The position numbers were made by a program, and so were the translations under genes. From Octopus vulgaris (lineage: Eukaryota): a stretch of DNA of 64,000 bases. Below the pieces are notes generated by a model that made no database searches, was not told the origin of the DNA, and worked only from the letters and a program-made list of their open reading frames with translations. The DNA is taken from NCBI GenBank assembly GCA_951406725.2, contig OX597821.1:62372001-62436000 (forward strand). The letters run 5' to 3'. Positions 29,500 to 40,579 of this stretch are shown here, in pieces; within the stretch, counting starts at the first letter, position 1, and each line of letters begins with the position of its first letter.

Positions 29500-29781
29500 T
29501 TCTTTTGTTCTTGTACTTGTTTCAGTCATGTGACTGTGGCCATACTGGAGCACTACCTTTAGTCAAACAAATCGATCCCAGGACTTATTCTTTGTAAGCC
29601 TAGTATCTATTCTATACGACAGCCTTCTTTCAGTTTCCGTCTGCCAAATCCACTGACAAAGCTTTCGTCGGCCCGAGGCTACAGTACAAGACACTTGCTC
29701 AAGGTGCCCGGTACTGGGACTGAATCCGGAATCATGTGGTTTGGAAGCAAGCTTCTCACCACACAGACACTCCTGCGCCTG
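29500..29781 (-). mobile_element. SINE family A with internal deletion
   Basis: Reverse complement of head and core; central microsatellite missing. Confidence 0.8.
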
Positions 29782-31533
29782 TGCAATATTTATATATATA
29801 TGAAATACTGATTGCATAACGACCTTCTTTCTGATTAACATACCACAGTTTCTACTTATACCGAGTCAAAAGGGCTATGACAGGGCCTAGTCATTTTTGT
29901 GCTGGCCATCTGTCAGGTCCATTTCGGGCAGCCGTTTGGTTCCAAATATTTCTGCCTGTAAGCTTTTTGAGACAGATGAGTTGGTAGTAGATATAAGCAT
30001 ACTTAATGAATAATGGAGTGGTATTAAGATGTTATTCATCATGAATAGCACATATTCATGAGAGAATATGAGAGAGAAAAAGTCTTTCAAATGTATTTTT
30101 CAAATTTAATCCGAATGACAGACTCCTTTGCTCATCTTACAAATAGTAAAAACACCCACATAGAAAATGGTGAAGATAAAAATTAAATTGAATACAAAAT
30201 GGTAATGAAGTAGTAAATATATGAAGTTTACATCATGATTAATAAGGGAGATTTATCGTTAATAAAGTAAAATTTGCTTTCTCTTCTGTGTAAGATTAAA
30301 ATAGATTCATCTTGAATATATTTAGAAGTTTTTTCTTTTTCTTTCACATTTATCTCCTGGTCATTGTCTCCGGTGCACACACTCTCGTTCATTCTGCGCT
30401 TCTGTGTATGAGTTATGCATTATGAGTAACATTTCAATGCCTCTATCATTTTCTGACTTTGTGTGTGATTGCATCTAGCGCCAAATCGCCTGTCGCCAAA
30501 AAGGATTGCTGTCAAACACTAAACGACATTAATGAATAACCAGGTCGAAAATGAGTAAGTCCTATCGCAGTCCCCGTTGGTGCAGTATAAGCAGACATTA
30601 TGCTGTGCTGTGTCAAGTAAGACAGGTAATCATTATGCAAGTGATATCGTGTATGACTCTGTGTGTGCGTGCTTGTGTTTTTGTGTGCATATTTCAGAGC
30701 TTGTGTGTGTGTGTGTGTGCATTTATCTTATATGATCTGTTGCGCAAATCAATGATAGCTATTGAGTTTACACAATGATATGAGAAGCGTACTTTAAATT
30801 CAAGTTTATACATCATTTACTGGAGGATCGTCAAAAGTAAATATCGTGTATAATATCATTAAATGGCTTCATTGATTTTATAGTATATTACCAAACTTAC
30901 ATTTGCCAATGGTTTATTTACCGAAACTGTTTCTGTATGATATCATAAAATATTTGATTATCGTGTAATTTACTTCCTTTTGGACGTAGCGTTATATTCA
31001 ATATATATTACCTAAACTTTGTTATTAGCTGGTGTTATTAGCACGAACTAAGTTCAAATGTATTTATTTATTGAGAACTGCTCGACTCTAGAGTGTTCTC
31101 TGAAATATTATATGACTGAACTCCGTTAAATTTACGTTGATGTCAGTCGTATTACTCGCTCATGATGTTAACCTAATCGACACACACACACACACACACA
31201 CTTCACTTCACTCATTTCACTCTCCCCGCGCACACGCATGTGTGTGTTTCTCTGTGTGTATGTGTATGTGGGTGTGTGCGTAGGCGTGTTTGTGTGTGTG
31301 TGTGTAGGGGGGAGTGTAAAAGCAGTGTATGTTGGTGAAGAACTAGCTACCAATGTTTTGTTATTGATACACAGAATAGGAAACGGGTGCGAAATGTTTT
31401 CGCATTTGTGTGTATACATGCGTATATGCTTGTACGTATGTGTACATACAAACACATACACACATATGCATACATACACGCATACATACTTATGTTTATG
31501 TGCGTGTTGTGTGTGTAGATAGCTACCCAAATT

Positions 31534-31603
<70 letters not shown>

Positions 31604-32515
31604 CAGATTAACTGATATAAAACGTTGTCGTATTTGAATGTGTCTTCTTATGTTCATGGCGAGACCATTTAGTGTATAATTACTTCTTATTACCTAGTGC
31701 AGCTTAACCTTTAGATTATCGAAAGTGGTGTAGAAAGAACTTATAGCTGGGATTTATATAATCACTGCAAAATTTCTTGTATGCATCAATCCAATTTGTA
31801 TCCATCTAAAGAGAGAAACCAATACAATATAAAAGATTGTGCTTCATTCGCAGTGTTGTTAAAAGCGTCCACATTGAAATCATGTGTCTAGTAGTTCGAT
31901 TCTACCTCCTTTTTATTTTAAACCTCCCTCATATACATAAACAAATCATTTGTAAAATCTCTAGAAACTATAGATGTTGCCTAGTAAGGTGGCATTTAGT
32001 AATAGGCTTTAGTCATACAGACCTGAAAATAAAATTTGGTCGACGCCAAAATTTTGGTTGGTAATTTCCATCGACGCACTGTAATTCAACGATGAGGCGG
32101 TTCAGCTGATCAAACAAGATGATAATAGTTAATAGATAATGTGTAGAGTAATTGATAAAGTAATAGATAAATTGTACGAGTCGTTTACTGACGCTGATTC
32201 GCTTTTATTTCTCATTTTAGTAGTTATGATAAACATCTTAGTCGTTAATTAATTTTTATTAGAATTTTAGTTTTTATTAGTATTAAGTTTAAAGGTGAAT
32301 CACTAAAATATACATTGATATATATATGTGTGTGTGTGTGTGTACTATGTAGCAAAGTAGTCCATCCTTCTTCAGTTTAACCACAATATTTATTTTGTAA
32401 CTTCATCTGACCTACATATTTGCTAAATCAACATGTAAGATGCCTGGCAATTCTAATGACGTATTTACCTTTAGCAAAATGACAAGTCAAGGCTGTTGTA
32501 TGCATATAACATAAA

Positions 32516-33732
32516 CAGCGTGCATAACAAACAGTTATATAACAGCAGATAACTTTATTTTTCAAAAAATGTCATGAGGATAAAAAGAAACCTTCTTTTC
32601 TATAATATTTTTCATAATATTATGGAATGAAGCCAGCTTCAGCTCCAACAACTGCTTCTCTATGAGAGCTAAATCATCTACATGCGCGAATCAAGTGATC
32701 CTGGTTCATTTTGGACAGTACTCTGACTATGGCAACTTTTAAAGAATCTTCGGTGTTAGGGGCCTGTTCACTGACCTCTCTCTCAACAACGCTCTACATG
32801 TAATAGTCCAATAGATTGAGATCTGGAGAATTAGGAGGCCAAATTTTAGGGGTTATACGGTTATGAAAACTTTCAGCCATCAATTCATGTGCCACTAGAG
32901 CCACGTGTGATAGTGCAGAGTCCTAGTAAAACACATATGACCTTCCATTGCATACACTGCCTATCTAGAGCTTATCAATTATTTCCAGGACCTCAATGTA
33001 AGCGTCAGAGTTACCTCTAAGGCCTTGGGGAAAGAGGTGAGTAGGCATCACATGGCCTTCATTGCTGACCACCCCTAAAACTATGTAGGTCAGGTGAAGT
33101 TACAAAACTTGAAGTTGGAACTTCAGAAGGGTCTGCACATAACCAACTTTCATTTCCTCTGATAACTTTTTGATCTTGGTCTAAGTGTTTCTCGGTTGAG
33201 AAAAACCAAATCCAATATTCTTCTGCTGGACTTTTCAGTTTGTTTAAAAGCTTTTTAGATCTGATGTAGGGATTTTCTTTTGCTTTTTCTTGTATTTCCT
33301 CATCATATAAGACTTATATTTGATATCTTCGTGGGCAACATTTCTGACTGTTCCTTTTGACACATAGAGATCTTTTGCAATTGACCTCATGGAATTTCTG
33401 GGATAGTAATCAATGGATAGATTCAAAAGTTCTGATGATTTCAGAGCGCTTAGAATGCGTGTTTATGCTTTAATACTGGTGATATGATTACATCTACAGT
33501 CTCTAGCTCCTTACGGACTTTTTAGACGAAAGATCTGGCAACGTTTCAAAATCGAGATATTTCTAAATCGCTATGCTCAGCCTCTATAACCACAATAACA
33601 GCACGCCTGTTCATTTCTTGAGTAAGCTGGGGGTCTGCCATTATTATTTTCTACAACAAAGATTCTACAGAGTTTAAAAGTATGCAGCAAGGACCCAAAA
33701 GTGTTATGTCCTCAAATAATTTATGCACCCTG
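32516..33732 (-). mobile_element. Decayed full-length Tc1/mariner element (maT/DD37D-like)
   Basis: Terminal inverted repeats CAG(C/G)GTGCATAA at 32516 and 33721-33732; minus translation gives SMRSIAKDLYVSKGTVRNVAHEDIKYKSY, DSALSH and WPPNSPDLNLLDYY. Confidence 0.85.
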
Positions 33733-36078
33733 TATATATACGTGTGTGTGCGCGTCTGTGTGTATGTGTGCATATAAATGTATATGTGTATATACAGGAG
33801 GCTTTATAATGCATCATTTTGGCTTTTGTCGGACACGGTATAAAATGTGACTTTGGAGATGTTTCACGTTAAGTAATGTGGTCTCTCTACTGCAGTATAT
33901 ATTTCTACGTTTTCTGCATGTTGCTATTTCTTTAAAATAGTTCTTATAATACTCGCCATGTTCTTTAATCAGTTGAAGCTAACCCCTATATTATTCTTGT
34001 ACACGATATATCTATATATTTGTGTGTGTATAAATAATATGGATGGCTAATTATCAATTTTACAACCTAAAGGCAGAAATATATACGTCACTATAGTGAA
34101 CAAGGGCAGTAACAGGCACCGATATTGCTAGGAATTAGAATCAAAACAACACAATAGTCAACAAAATCACTATATTAATGGACGGACCAGGGAGATATGT
34201 ATGTGTATACGTGCGTGTACGTATGTGTGTTTAAATAAATAAATAAATAATAATACATCATAATAACTACAAAGCATATACTTCACTATTACTGGATATT
34301 TTCTTCCTTAGCAATCCCATAACATCAAGCATCGCAAATACCGCATCCTTAAGACCTGTGAATCAGTAACCCCACAGAACGCAGAGTGGAGTTCTCAGAC
34401 CCTCAGTAGCATACTACATCCATACCTGGAACAGAGACGCTAAAGTTTCTTGACGTTAAACCTATCCCTTGAATGCCATTGTTTGAATTGACATGAAGTT
34501 ACTCCCCAAAACACAAACACATCCAGCCAACAGCCAAAGTGTCTGATACTTGATTAGACTTCTACATGATTAGACTGCGCACCTTGCAATTTGATGCTAT
34601 CAGGCCAACTTCTCCCATAAATTATGGATTCATTCATTTCTTTCTTTTTCCCACACCAATCGTACTGCCTTGATTTTATTCCCCTAATGATCATTCTACC
34701 GTAATACCCTCTCTTAGCTTTATTTACATTTTCAGGCAACGGTCCACTTGCATTTATTCTTGAATAGCAGCATATGCAGGCCATAGGAATAGTACCTTTC
34801 TCCCACACTATATTGTGGGAACACGGCAGCCATTCACACACTGCTACGCACGCATGCGCACACGTGGTACACACACCCATACGCACACACGCACGCGCAA
34901 ACACTCAAACACACGTGTCCGCAGACACACCTACAGCCATATGGAGGAGGCACACATTTTATTTACTTTGTCAAGTAAAATCACAAAGTTCCCGAACACA
35001 ACTGAGTCAGAAATGTGCAGAATCTTTTAAAATTCTAACTCACTAAATATACTTATTTTCCTTATTTCTAAAGAATCCATAGAATTGCGATTAGTTAAAT
35101 GCATAGGTAGTATTTTCAATGGTCATTTCTTTGGCACAGTAAAGTGACAGGCCGTTGGTCTAATGATTGTTCATATAACCGAAGATACTCGTACATTTTT
35201 TATAGCTATCTGCATGTGGTTCTGGTTGAAACTTAATTACATTCATCTTCGTGAAGCAAGCAAGTCTTTACATATGGAGTTGTTCCTGTGATTGGTTTTG
35301 TTGGTAAAAGAGATGGAATGTTGGGTTGAGTTCAGCCGAGTTCAGATCGGGACGTGACAGTGAATGACGTGAAACAGAAATCATAAGCTTTGAATCCATT
35401 TTCTATGTTGATATTATTTTCTATGATTGGCAGTGCTTTTTAATAAGCCATTGATTTTCAAATGCCTTTGGGTACTGCTGTCTTTTCCAGATTGAAATTG
35501 AATAATCGATGATTATGTAAATACAGGAGGCTTTACAGTGTGTTTTCTGTGAGTCCTATGCATAAGAATGGCTTTTGTTGGATTGGATATGAAATGTGAA
35601 TTTGGAGGTGTTTAGCTTTAAGTAATGTGGTCTCTCTGTTCCAGTTGGTATTTCTACGTTTTTCGTATGTTGGTATTTCTTTAAAATAGTTGTTCAAGCA
35701 GTAGAAGCTCATCCCTATGTTATTCATGTAGACCAACTAGTGTATGTGTATCCGCTGCAAGCCACATTCAGTTCAGCGGCTGTTTACTACAACGAGACAC
35801 TCCACCGCAACCACTTACAGAGTAATATCAGATACACACCGCAAACTAACAATGTCAATCCCTTCAACAATGAGAACTATGTTATATTGCAAATCCTCCC
35901 TCCCATATGATGCTAACGTAAATATAAATGTTGCCAAAAATTTCCTCTCGTATCTCAGTAAATAATTTCCAAGCTTTATAGAAATCTCAGAAATACAAAA
36001 TATCCTTAGATTAGCAATGTTAATAATATAAAAGAAAACACTGGCCTCAAAATTTGCATACAATTAAAGACTCTTATT

Positions 36079-36387
36079 TACATTATTTACATTCGACGGA
36101 TATTTGTCCTCATCTTGTTTGTGTATTGGGGGATATTTCGAACCTGAGTTCTCATTCCAAAGGTATTCTTCGATGTTATTATTATTATTATTATTATTAT
36201 CATCATTATCGTTTCTGTTGCTGGTGTTCAGGACACTGCATGGAATCGAACCCGGTATCTTGGAGTTAGTAGCCCGCGCTCTTAACCACTACGCCATATG
36301 CCAACAAACAAGATGAGGACAAATATCCGTCGAATGTAAATAATATAAATAATGTAAATAATTCCTCATCTCTTAAATATAGAACTG
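36079..36387 (-). mobile_element. tRNA-headed short element with an inverted copy of its 3' end and ~17-bp TSD
   Basis: tRNA-like head 36302-36231 (A box TGGCGTAGTGG, B box GGTTCGATTCC); inverted repeat ~36082-36121 / 36305-36344; TSD AATTAAA(G/A)ACTC(T/C)TATT at 36062 and 36388. Confidence 0.75.
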
Positions 36388-37183
36388 AATTAAAAACTCC
36401 TATTGATAAATTTATATCGTTTACTTTGTTGATAGTAAGTTAGAAATAACGACTAAATTTAAAAATCAAATGACGAATATTTCCTCAGTTATAACATCAT
36501 TGCAGGAACACTATACAGTCTAATTCATGAATGCAGGACTTCTTTGAGAAGCTAAATTCTAGAAAGATCGGGAACCTTAAAAACAAGGATATTCCTAACT
36601 GAATTAAAAGGACCACTAAAGAAATATGAAAAAACAAATCATTAATAGAACATATTAAACGCGAACACATTTGCCTTTTTAGCAGCCCAAACATACACAA
36701 ACGCGCATGCGTGCTTGCGTGTTCACATGCACACACACAGACAAATACATACACACATGCATACGCACCACACGTAAATACAGAATATTAGGAATCTTTA
36801 ATATACAGAATAAACTAATTGGTGCGCTGAGTGCTCCAAGTGATAACCTTTTAGGATCCAAGTTCACAACGGGAGCTGGAGATGGGGACCCGCAATTGCT
36901 TTTCGAGGTTTATATAAATCTCAGAAAAACAAAATACCCTTAGATTAGAAATGTCAGCATTATTAATAATTTAAAACAAAACATTGGCCTCAAAATCTGC
37001 ATACAATTAAAGACTCCTATTGATAAGCTTATATCGCGTACATACGATATATCGTTTACATATGCATCCACACACACACAGACAAGCACATGCACACACT
37101 GAGGGTATAAATTAAAGGAAGAGAAAAACAAAATCAACGTAAGGCAAGCTTATTAGATCATTTATGTTACATCATTTGTGGGG

Positions 37184-37224
<41 letters not shown>

Positions 37225-37229
<5 letters not shown>

Positions 37230-37903
37230 GAAATATTAAAATTACTAAGTCTCTCTAAAAGAGAACTGCGGCAGCGTTCCCGGAAAATAATAGTTATCGC
37301 CATACTAATATGGCATTCTTATAAAAATAAGAATAAAGCTGTCCGCTTATTAGCTCCATGAGGCCATCGCCTTAAGTTAGCTATTTGATACACAAACTGT
37401 ATCCATATAACCTTCGAACAAGGGAGGTCAGTCGCTCCACACTACTTGACCGGCAGCTACAGACGCGTTTCGGGGTATTGCCCCTTTTCAATGCAGCGTA
37501 GCCAGCCAGTAGGTGTCGCTTCCGACAATCTCTGTTCGATGGTTTTATTTACCTAGTTTCGGTGGAATACATCCACTTGTTTTCAATAATAGAAATATTA
37601 AAATTACTAAGTCTCTCTAAAAGAGAACAGCGGCAGCGTTCCCGGAAAATAATAGTTATCGCCATACTAATATGGCATTCTTATAAAAATAAGAATAAAG
37701 CTGTCCGCTTATTAGCTCCATGAGGCCATCGCCTTAAGTTAGCTATTTGATACACAAACTGTATCCATATAACCTTCGAACAAGGTTATATGGATACAGT
37801 TTGTGTATCAAATAGCTAACTTAAGGCGATGGCCTCATGGAGCTAATAAGCGGACAGCTTTATTCTTATTTTTATAAGAATGCCATATTAGTATGGCGAT
37901 AAC

Positions 37904-37909
<6 letters not shown>
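37225..37909 (-). mobile_element. Non-coding HHR-bearing element: 362-bp unit + partial tandem copy + fold-back, in (TA)n
   Basis: 37225-37423 repeated at 37587-37785; perfect inverted arms 37649-37776 / 37782-37909; (TA)n on both sides. Confidence 0.85.
37456..37497 (-). ncRNA. Type I hammerhead ribozyme, U3-A8 core variant
   Basis: GCUGCA-UUGAAAA-GGGG caaua CCCC-GAAA-CGCG-UC-UGUAGC: 6-bp stem I, 4-bp stem II, palindromic stem III, GUC site. Confidence 0.8.
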
Positions 37910-37949
<40 letters not shown>

Positions 37950-37951
<2 letters not shown>

Positions 37952-38140
37952 TTTAATACTTTTATTCTTTTCAGTCATTTTGGCAGCGGCCATGCTGGAG
38001 CACTGCCTTTAATCGAACAAATTGTCCCCAGGACTTATTCTTTGTAAGCCTAGTATTTATACTATCGTCTTCTTTTGCTAAATCGCTAAGTTACAGCGAC
38101 GTAAACACACGAATACCGGCTGTCTCGTGTTGGTGGGGGT

Positions 38141-38160
<20 letters not shown>
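37950..38160 (-). mobile_element. 3' half of SINE family A split by the PLE insertion
   Basis: Matches 15150-15360; 5' half is at 43660-43820. Confidence 0.85.
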
Positions 38161-38172
<12 letters not shown>

Positions 38173-38179
<7 letters not shown>

Positions 38180-39148
38180 ACGGGAAGCTTTATGAAAATA
38201 AACAAAAGACGAAGGCAGGTGGAAAACAAACGAACAATTGTATTAGTATGGCGCTCAGGAAATATAAATAAAACAAGTCTTTAACGTTTCGAGCCTACGC
38301 TCTTCAACAGAAAGATACACAGAGAGAGAAAAACACAGAAAGAAGGAGAGAAAAAAATGCGTGCAGTAGCTAACGAATCAACATGGCGATCTGATTTCGG
38401 CCAGAGGTCAAAGATCAAACATGAGACGCGAGAGCGAAATAAGGGGAGATAATAGGGTTGAGGGACCAGCTAAAAGTGCGTGGGAGGGGTCTGGATGTGT
38501 ATGTATAGGGTTGGTGTATGTATTAGTATGTATAAGGGTGTGTGTGTGTGTGTGTGTGTGTATGAGAGAGTATCAGTGCGTGGGATTGGTCTGGACGTGC
38601 GTATGTATGGGGTTGGTGTATGTATTAGTATGTATTAGTATGTATTAGTACGTATTGGTATGTATAGGTGTGTGTGTGTGTGTGAGAGAGAGTATAAGTG
38701 CGTATGCGGGGTCTGGACGTGTGTATGTATAGGGTTGGTGTAAGTATTAGTATGTACTAGTATGTATTAGTACGTATTAGTATGTATTAGTTGGTGTGTG
38801 TATTAGTATGGCACATCATATGTGATGTGATGTGTAAAGTCATGTGGTGTAGTGAGGAGAAGAGGGGGAGGGGAGAAGAGGGGGAGAAGGGGAGGGGAAG
38901 AAGAGGGGGAGGGGAGGGTGAAGAGGAGAGGATGGGGAGAAGGAAGGGGAGGAGAGGGATGAAGGAGGAAAGAGGGAGAAGGGGAGAGAGGGAGTGAGGG
39001 AGCAGAGGGAAGGGGAAGAGGGAGGGAGAAAGAGGGAAGAAGGGAAGGGGAGTAGGGGTGAAAGGATGAAGGACTGAAGAAGTGGGGGTCGGGGGGAGAA
39101 AGGATAGGTGAGGAGGGGGAGAGGGGGGTTAGATGAGGAGGGGGGAGA
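38173..39148 (-). repeat. 3' pseudo-LTR
   Basis: Near-identical to 42661-43637; contains ~125-bp and GTATTAGTAT subrepeats and a long polypyrimidine tract. Confidence 0.95.
38278..38315 (-). ncRNA. Minimal type I hammerhead ribozyme (A6U core variant)
   Basis: UCUUU-CUGUUGA-A-GAGC guag GCUC-GAAACGUU-AAAGA. Confidence 0.8.
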
Positions 39149-40579
39149 GTTGAGACCAAATGGCGTATAAGAGCGAAGAGAGAAGATTAATTCCTGTTCA
39201 CGGCGCAAACGGGAATCCGGATGGCCTCTGTGTAAGGACAAACCGAACACAGATAGGTGTTGCAAGGAGTGACCGGTGGAGCGGAAATGGCGTGAGACCG
39301 GTGTGTCGTTCGTAAGGTGGATGTCACGAAGGTGTTCCGCGAACCGGTCAGCCAAGCGGCGTCCCGTTTGTCCGATGTACAAGGAATTGCAGAGAGAGCA
39401 AGAGATGCAATAGATAATATTGCTGGAGGTGCAGGTGAAGGAGTGGATGATGGGATAGAGTCGATGGTGGGTGCTAGTGAGGCGGGTGGTGTTGGAGAGG
39501 TAAGGGCAAGTGCGGCAACGTGGGCGGGAGCAGGGGAACGAGCCGGGTTGGGAGGTAGGGTCAGGGAAGGAGCTATGGACCAAAAGGTCTCGAAGGTTGT
39601 GGGCTCGTTTGAAAGAGGGGAGGGGTCGGTTAGGGAAGAGGTGTGAAGTGGACGGGTCGGACTGGAGACGACGGAAAGCTCGAAGAATGGTGCGTTGGAG
39701 ACGTAGGGTCGTGGGGTGGTAAGTGAGGGGAAAAGGGAGGCGGGAGACTACAGGGCGGGTTCGGGGAGAGAGAGCAGATACACGGTCCACGGACCGTGCT
39801 CTGGCAAGGGCGGTGTGGATAGTGGTGAGGGGGTATCCACGTAGGGTGAAGTGGTGAGCCATACGTTGAGACTGAGTCTCAAAGTCATGGTCGTCACTAC
39901 AGAGCCTACGTAGACGGAGGAATTGGGAATAGGGGATGGAAAGCTTGGTGTGTTCTGGGTGGGAGGAAGAGAAGTTGAGGTATGAGTGTGAGTCTGTGTG
40001 TTTGTAGTGAATGGAGGTGGTAAGAGTGGAGTCAAGAATGCTAACCGAAATGTCGAGGAAGGAGACAGAGGTGTTGGAGATAGTGGAAGTGAAGTGGAGG
40101 GCAGGATGGAAAGATTGGACGAAAGAGAGGAAGGAATCTAGATGTTCGCGGGAGAGTGAGGTGGCACCGATAATGTCGTCAATATAACGACCATATAGTT
40201 CAGGAGTGGGACCAGTGAAAGTAGAGAATATTTGGGCCTCAACATAGCCAACGAACAGGTTCGCATAGTTGGGGCCCATTCGCGTTCCCATGGCCACTCC
40301 CGAGACCTGATGGTAGAACTCGCCCGCGAACGAGAAGCAGTTCAGAGTAAGGACAAGTTCGGCCAGACGAATGAGTGTGGAGGTGTCAGGTACAGGGTTA
40401 GAGCGGAGGTCAAGAAAGTGTCGAAGGGCCTGCAGTCCTTCGTGGTGAGGGATAACAGTATAGAGGCTTTGGATGTCCATAGTAAAAAGGATTTTGGAGG
40501 AGCCGGGAGGAAAGGAGAAAGAGTTGAAAAGCCGGAGAGCATGGTTGGTATCGTGGATGTGGGAGGGAAGAGATGCCAC
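38840..40579 (-). CDS. PLE polyprotein C-terminal part: RT core, thumb and GIY-YIG endonuclease (probable true stop 39129-39131)
   Basis: MDIQSLYT, GVAMGTRMGPNYANLF, RYIDDI, SFLD, YLNFSSSHP, IIYCISCSLCNSLYIGQT..RFAEH, RLRREQELI..PFGLN. Confidence 0.93.
   Translation of the reverse strand: MASLPSHIHDTNHALRLFNSFSFPPGSSKILFTMDIQSLYTVIPHHEGLQALRHFLDLRSNPVPDTSTLIRLAELVLTLNCFSFAGEFYHQVSGVAMGTRMGPNYANLFVGYVEAQIFSTFTGPTPELYGRYIDDIIGATSLSREHLDSFLSFVQSFHPALHFTSTISNTSVSFLDISVSILDSTLTTSIHYKHTDSHSYLNFSSSHPEHTKLSIPYSQFLRLRRLCSDDHDFETQSQRMAHHFTLRGYPLTTIHTALARARSVDRVSALSPRTRPVVSRLPFPLTYHPTTLRLQRTILRAFRRLQSDPSTSHLFPNRPLPSFKRAHNLRDLLVHSSFPDPTSQPGSFPCSRPRCRTCPYLSNTTRLTSTHHRLYPIIHSFTCTSSNIIYCISCSLCNSLYIGQTGRRLADRFAEHLRDIHLTNDTPVSRHFRSTGHSLQHLSVFGLSLHRGHPDSRLRREQELIFSLRSYTPFGLNSPPSSSNPPLPLLTYPFSPRPPLLQSFILSPLLPFPSSLFLPPSSPSLCSLTPSLPFSLFPPSSLSSPSFSPSSPLHPPLPLFFPSPSPPLLPSPSSPHYTT

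Noticed and set aside
36231-36302. Functional tRNA gene
   Set aside because: Acceptor, anticodon and T stems pair poorly and it lies inside a TSD-flanked insertion
38480-38810. CRISPR-like repeat array
   Set aside because: Eukaryotic context; degenerate tandem subrepeats without unique spacers
38840-39128. ~100-aa Pro/Ser C-terminal extension of the PLE protein
   Set aside because: The upstream repeat has one more C and stops at SPPLLI-TAA, so the extension is a frameshift product
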